From Stigmatella ashevillensis (GTDB lineage Bacteria > Myxococcota > Myxococcia > Myxococcales > Myxococcaceae), in assembly GCF_028368975.1 (NCBI RefSeq), contig NZ_JAQNDM010000002.1:3186425-3218424 (forward strand): a stretch of 32,000 nt of DNA. Direction: 5' to 3'. The notes beneath the pieces were generated by a model. That model had not been told where the DNA came from. It made no database searches and worked only from the letters and a program-made list of their open reading frames with translations. Shown here in pieces: positions 30,619 through 32,000 of this stretch. Every line of letters starts with the position of its first letter. The first letter of the stretch is position 1. A program made the position numbers and the translations under genes.

Positions 30619-32000
30619 ATGCAACGTTCTATTTTTTCCGCGGGCGCCTGCCTGGTGCTCGCGCTGGCGATAGGTGTCGCCTGTGGTGGAGATGACGGAG
30701 GAGACAAGGAGCCCGAGGACAACGTGAGCCTCCGCGCCGCCCCCACGCGCATCTCGGATCAGGGGGAGAGCTCCACCCTCACCGTGACGGCCGAGTCCGC
30801 CGACGGCTCCGACGGCACGGGTGAGGTCACCCTCACGGCGGCGGCCGGCCTGCTGGGCAATGGCGAAAAGGAAGAAACGCTGTCGCTCGCGGATGGCAAG
30901 GCGACCACGACGTTCACCTGTGCCAAGGCCTCGGACGCGAAGTGCACGGGCAACGTGCGCATCACGGCGGAGTGGAAGGACGCCACCGCCAGCGTCACGG
31001 TGGTGATCTCTGGGCCGGATGGCGGCACGGATGGCGGTACCGACGGCGGCACGGATGGTGGCACCGACGGCGGCACGGATGGTGGCACCGGCACCACGCT
31101 GGGCGATTACGTCGTGAACCTGTCGACGGGCAAGGCCCTGCTGATTGCGAAGACGGGCGACCAGACCCCGGTCACCCTCTCCGTGGCCCGCAAGAACGGC
31201 GGCGATCCCGCTCCCGGGCAGGAAGTCACCTTCACGACCACGCGGGGCTCCTTCGCCCCCTCTGCGGGAACCACCAGCATCAAGGTGACCACCAACACCT
31301 CGGGCATCGCCTCGACGCCCCTCTATGCCGCCAACATGGATCCCGGCTCCGCAGAGATCACTGCGGCGCTGACTGGGGTCAATGGGAGCGTCAAGACGAC
31401 CATCGCCTTCACGGCGATCTCCACCCTGGTGTACGACGCCACCAACAAGGCCACCAAGGCCCTGATCGGCATCGAGTCCTCGGGCCGGGATACGACGACG
31501 CCCCTCTTCTTCAAGATCACCGATTCCGCCCAGAAGCCCGTGCCCGGCGTCGAGTTGACCTTCACCGTCTCTGGAGCAGCGCAAGCCAACGTCACCGACA
31601 AGGCCGTGACCAACGGGGACGGCATCGCCTCCACCACGCTGCGCGCGGGCAACACGGTGGGTGTCGCCATCGTCAAGGCGACCGTCACCGCCACGATTGG
31701 CTCGACGCCCGAGCTGAGCGTCTCCCACCCGGGAACGCCCATCGTGGGTGGCAAGCCCTCGGACCGAGGCCTGTTGGTGGACTGCGTCCGGAAGAACCTG
31801 GGCGCGCTGCACGCCACCCCTCCTCCCAGGGCCCTCAGCACCAACTGCACGGCCTCGTTGTCGGACCGCTTCGGCAATCCCATCGGCCTGACCACCACCG
31901 TGCAGTGGTACCCGGAGGCAGGGAAGATCACCAGCCCAGTCGATTCCAGGCCCCAGGCGGGCACCACGCCGTCCGCGGAGACGGGCGTGGCCACCACCGT
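30619..32000 (+). CDS. Secreted protein or probable lipoprotein with invasin/intimin-type (Big_1-like) Ig domains; 3' end runs off the right edge
   Basis: Absent from the ORF track because it has no stop in the window. Signal peptide MQRSIFSAGACLVLALAIGVACGG. Repeated modules end with T.(S/N)G.A(S/T)T.L.A....G.A.(I/V).A (TNTSGIASTPLYAANMDPGSAEITAAL; TNGDGIASTTLRAGNTVGVAIVKATV). The long minus-strand ORFs over this span are antisense shadows. Confidence 0.8.
   Translation, partial: MQRSIFSAGACLVLALAIGVACGGDDGGDKEPEDNVSLRAAPTRISDQGESSTLTVTAESADGSDGTGEVTLTAAAGLLGNGEKEETLSLADGKATTTFTCAKASDAKCTGNVRITAEWKDATASVTVVISGPDGGTDGGTDGGTDGGTDGGTDGGTGTTLGDYVVNLSTGKALLIAKTGDQTPVTLSVARKNGGDPAPGQEVTFTTTRGSFAPSAGTTSIKVTTNTSGIASTPLYAANMDPGSAEITAALTGVNGSVKTTIAFTAISTLVYDATNKATKALIGIESSGRDTTTPLFFKITDSAQKPVPGVELTFTVSGAAQANVTDKAVTNGDGIASTTLRAGNTVGVAIVKATVTATIGSTPELSVSHPGTPIVGGKPSDRGLLVDCVRKNLGALHATPPPRALSTNCTASLSDRFGNPIGLTTTVQWYPEAGKITSPVDSRPQAGTTPSAETGVATT
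31018..31089 (+). repeat. In-frame 12-nt tandem repeat (six units) encoding (DGGT)6; the last 48 nt are an exact 24-nt duplication
   Basis: gatggcggcacg gatggcggtacc gacggcggcacg gatggtggcacc gacggcggcacg gatggtggcacc. The unit gacggcggcacggatggtggcacc occurs twice exactly (31042-31065 and 31066-31089). It forms a linker between Ig-like domains. Confidence 0.85.

Noticed and set aside
30616-31997. Minus-strand ORFs 30616..31812, 30759..31097 and 31323..31997
   Set aside because: Antisense to the plus-strand Ig-like lipoprotein gene, which has a signal peptide and Big_1-type repeats. The PPSV repeat in 30759..31097 is simply the reverse reading of the DGGT repeat.
1-32000. Search for tRNA/rRNA genes, CRISPR arrays, IS elements, integrases or long terminal/inverted repeats
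   Set aside because: None found. All intergenic gaps are 250 bp or shorter and lack cloverleaf-type structure or spaced direct repeats. No transposase or recombinase motifs appear in any frame.

Overview
High-G+C segment (hand counts about 69% in core genes) that looks like a myxobacterial (Cystobacterineae-type) chromosome. I support 27 protein-coding genes and found no rRNA, tRNA, CRISPR array or IS/transposase. All domain calls rest on motif recognition by eye; no searches were run. Many of the longest ORFs in the six-frame track are antisense or off-frame shadows typical of high-GC DNA. Two real genes (the left-edge MCP and the right-edge Ig-like lipoprotein) are missing from the track because they run off the window. 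Layout: (1) signalling block 1-5646: MCP, HDAC-like deacetylase, CheY-like receiver, GAF-GAF histidine kinase. (2) SDR, then a Ser/Thr kinase co-transcribed with a PPC-like lipoprotein. (3) Accessory patch 8537-10561: a zinc-ribbon miniprotein plus a three-gene minus-strand module (unknown 246 aa, coiled-coil protein, retropepsin-like DTGA protease), with G+C dropping to about 55% at its upstream end. (4) Housekeeping: PBP1A translationally coupled to an RluA-family pseudouridine synthase, and a pentapeptide-repeat protein. (5) A long minus-strand gene train 15857-26550. Its upstream half is the most interesting item: PqqD-like RRE, 1,934-aa Ig-like/FG-GAP lipoprotein, 45-aa Cys-containing peptide gene, HprK-like P-loop kinase, and an S24/S26-peptidase::GNAT fusion. 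An EamA transporter, an MBL/beta-CASP hydrolase and a MOSC protein follow. This resembles a leader-peptide-guided (RiPP-like) modification cassette but lacks every class-defining RiPP enzyme I know. (6) Coa1-like membrane protein, etfBA plus acyl-CoA dehydrogenase, and a Big_1-type lipoprotein with a (DGGT)n linker repeat.
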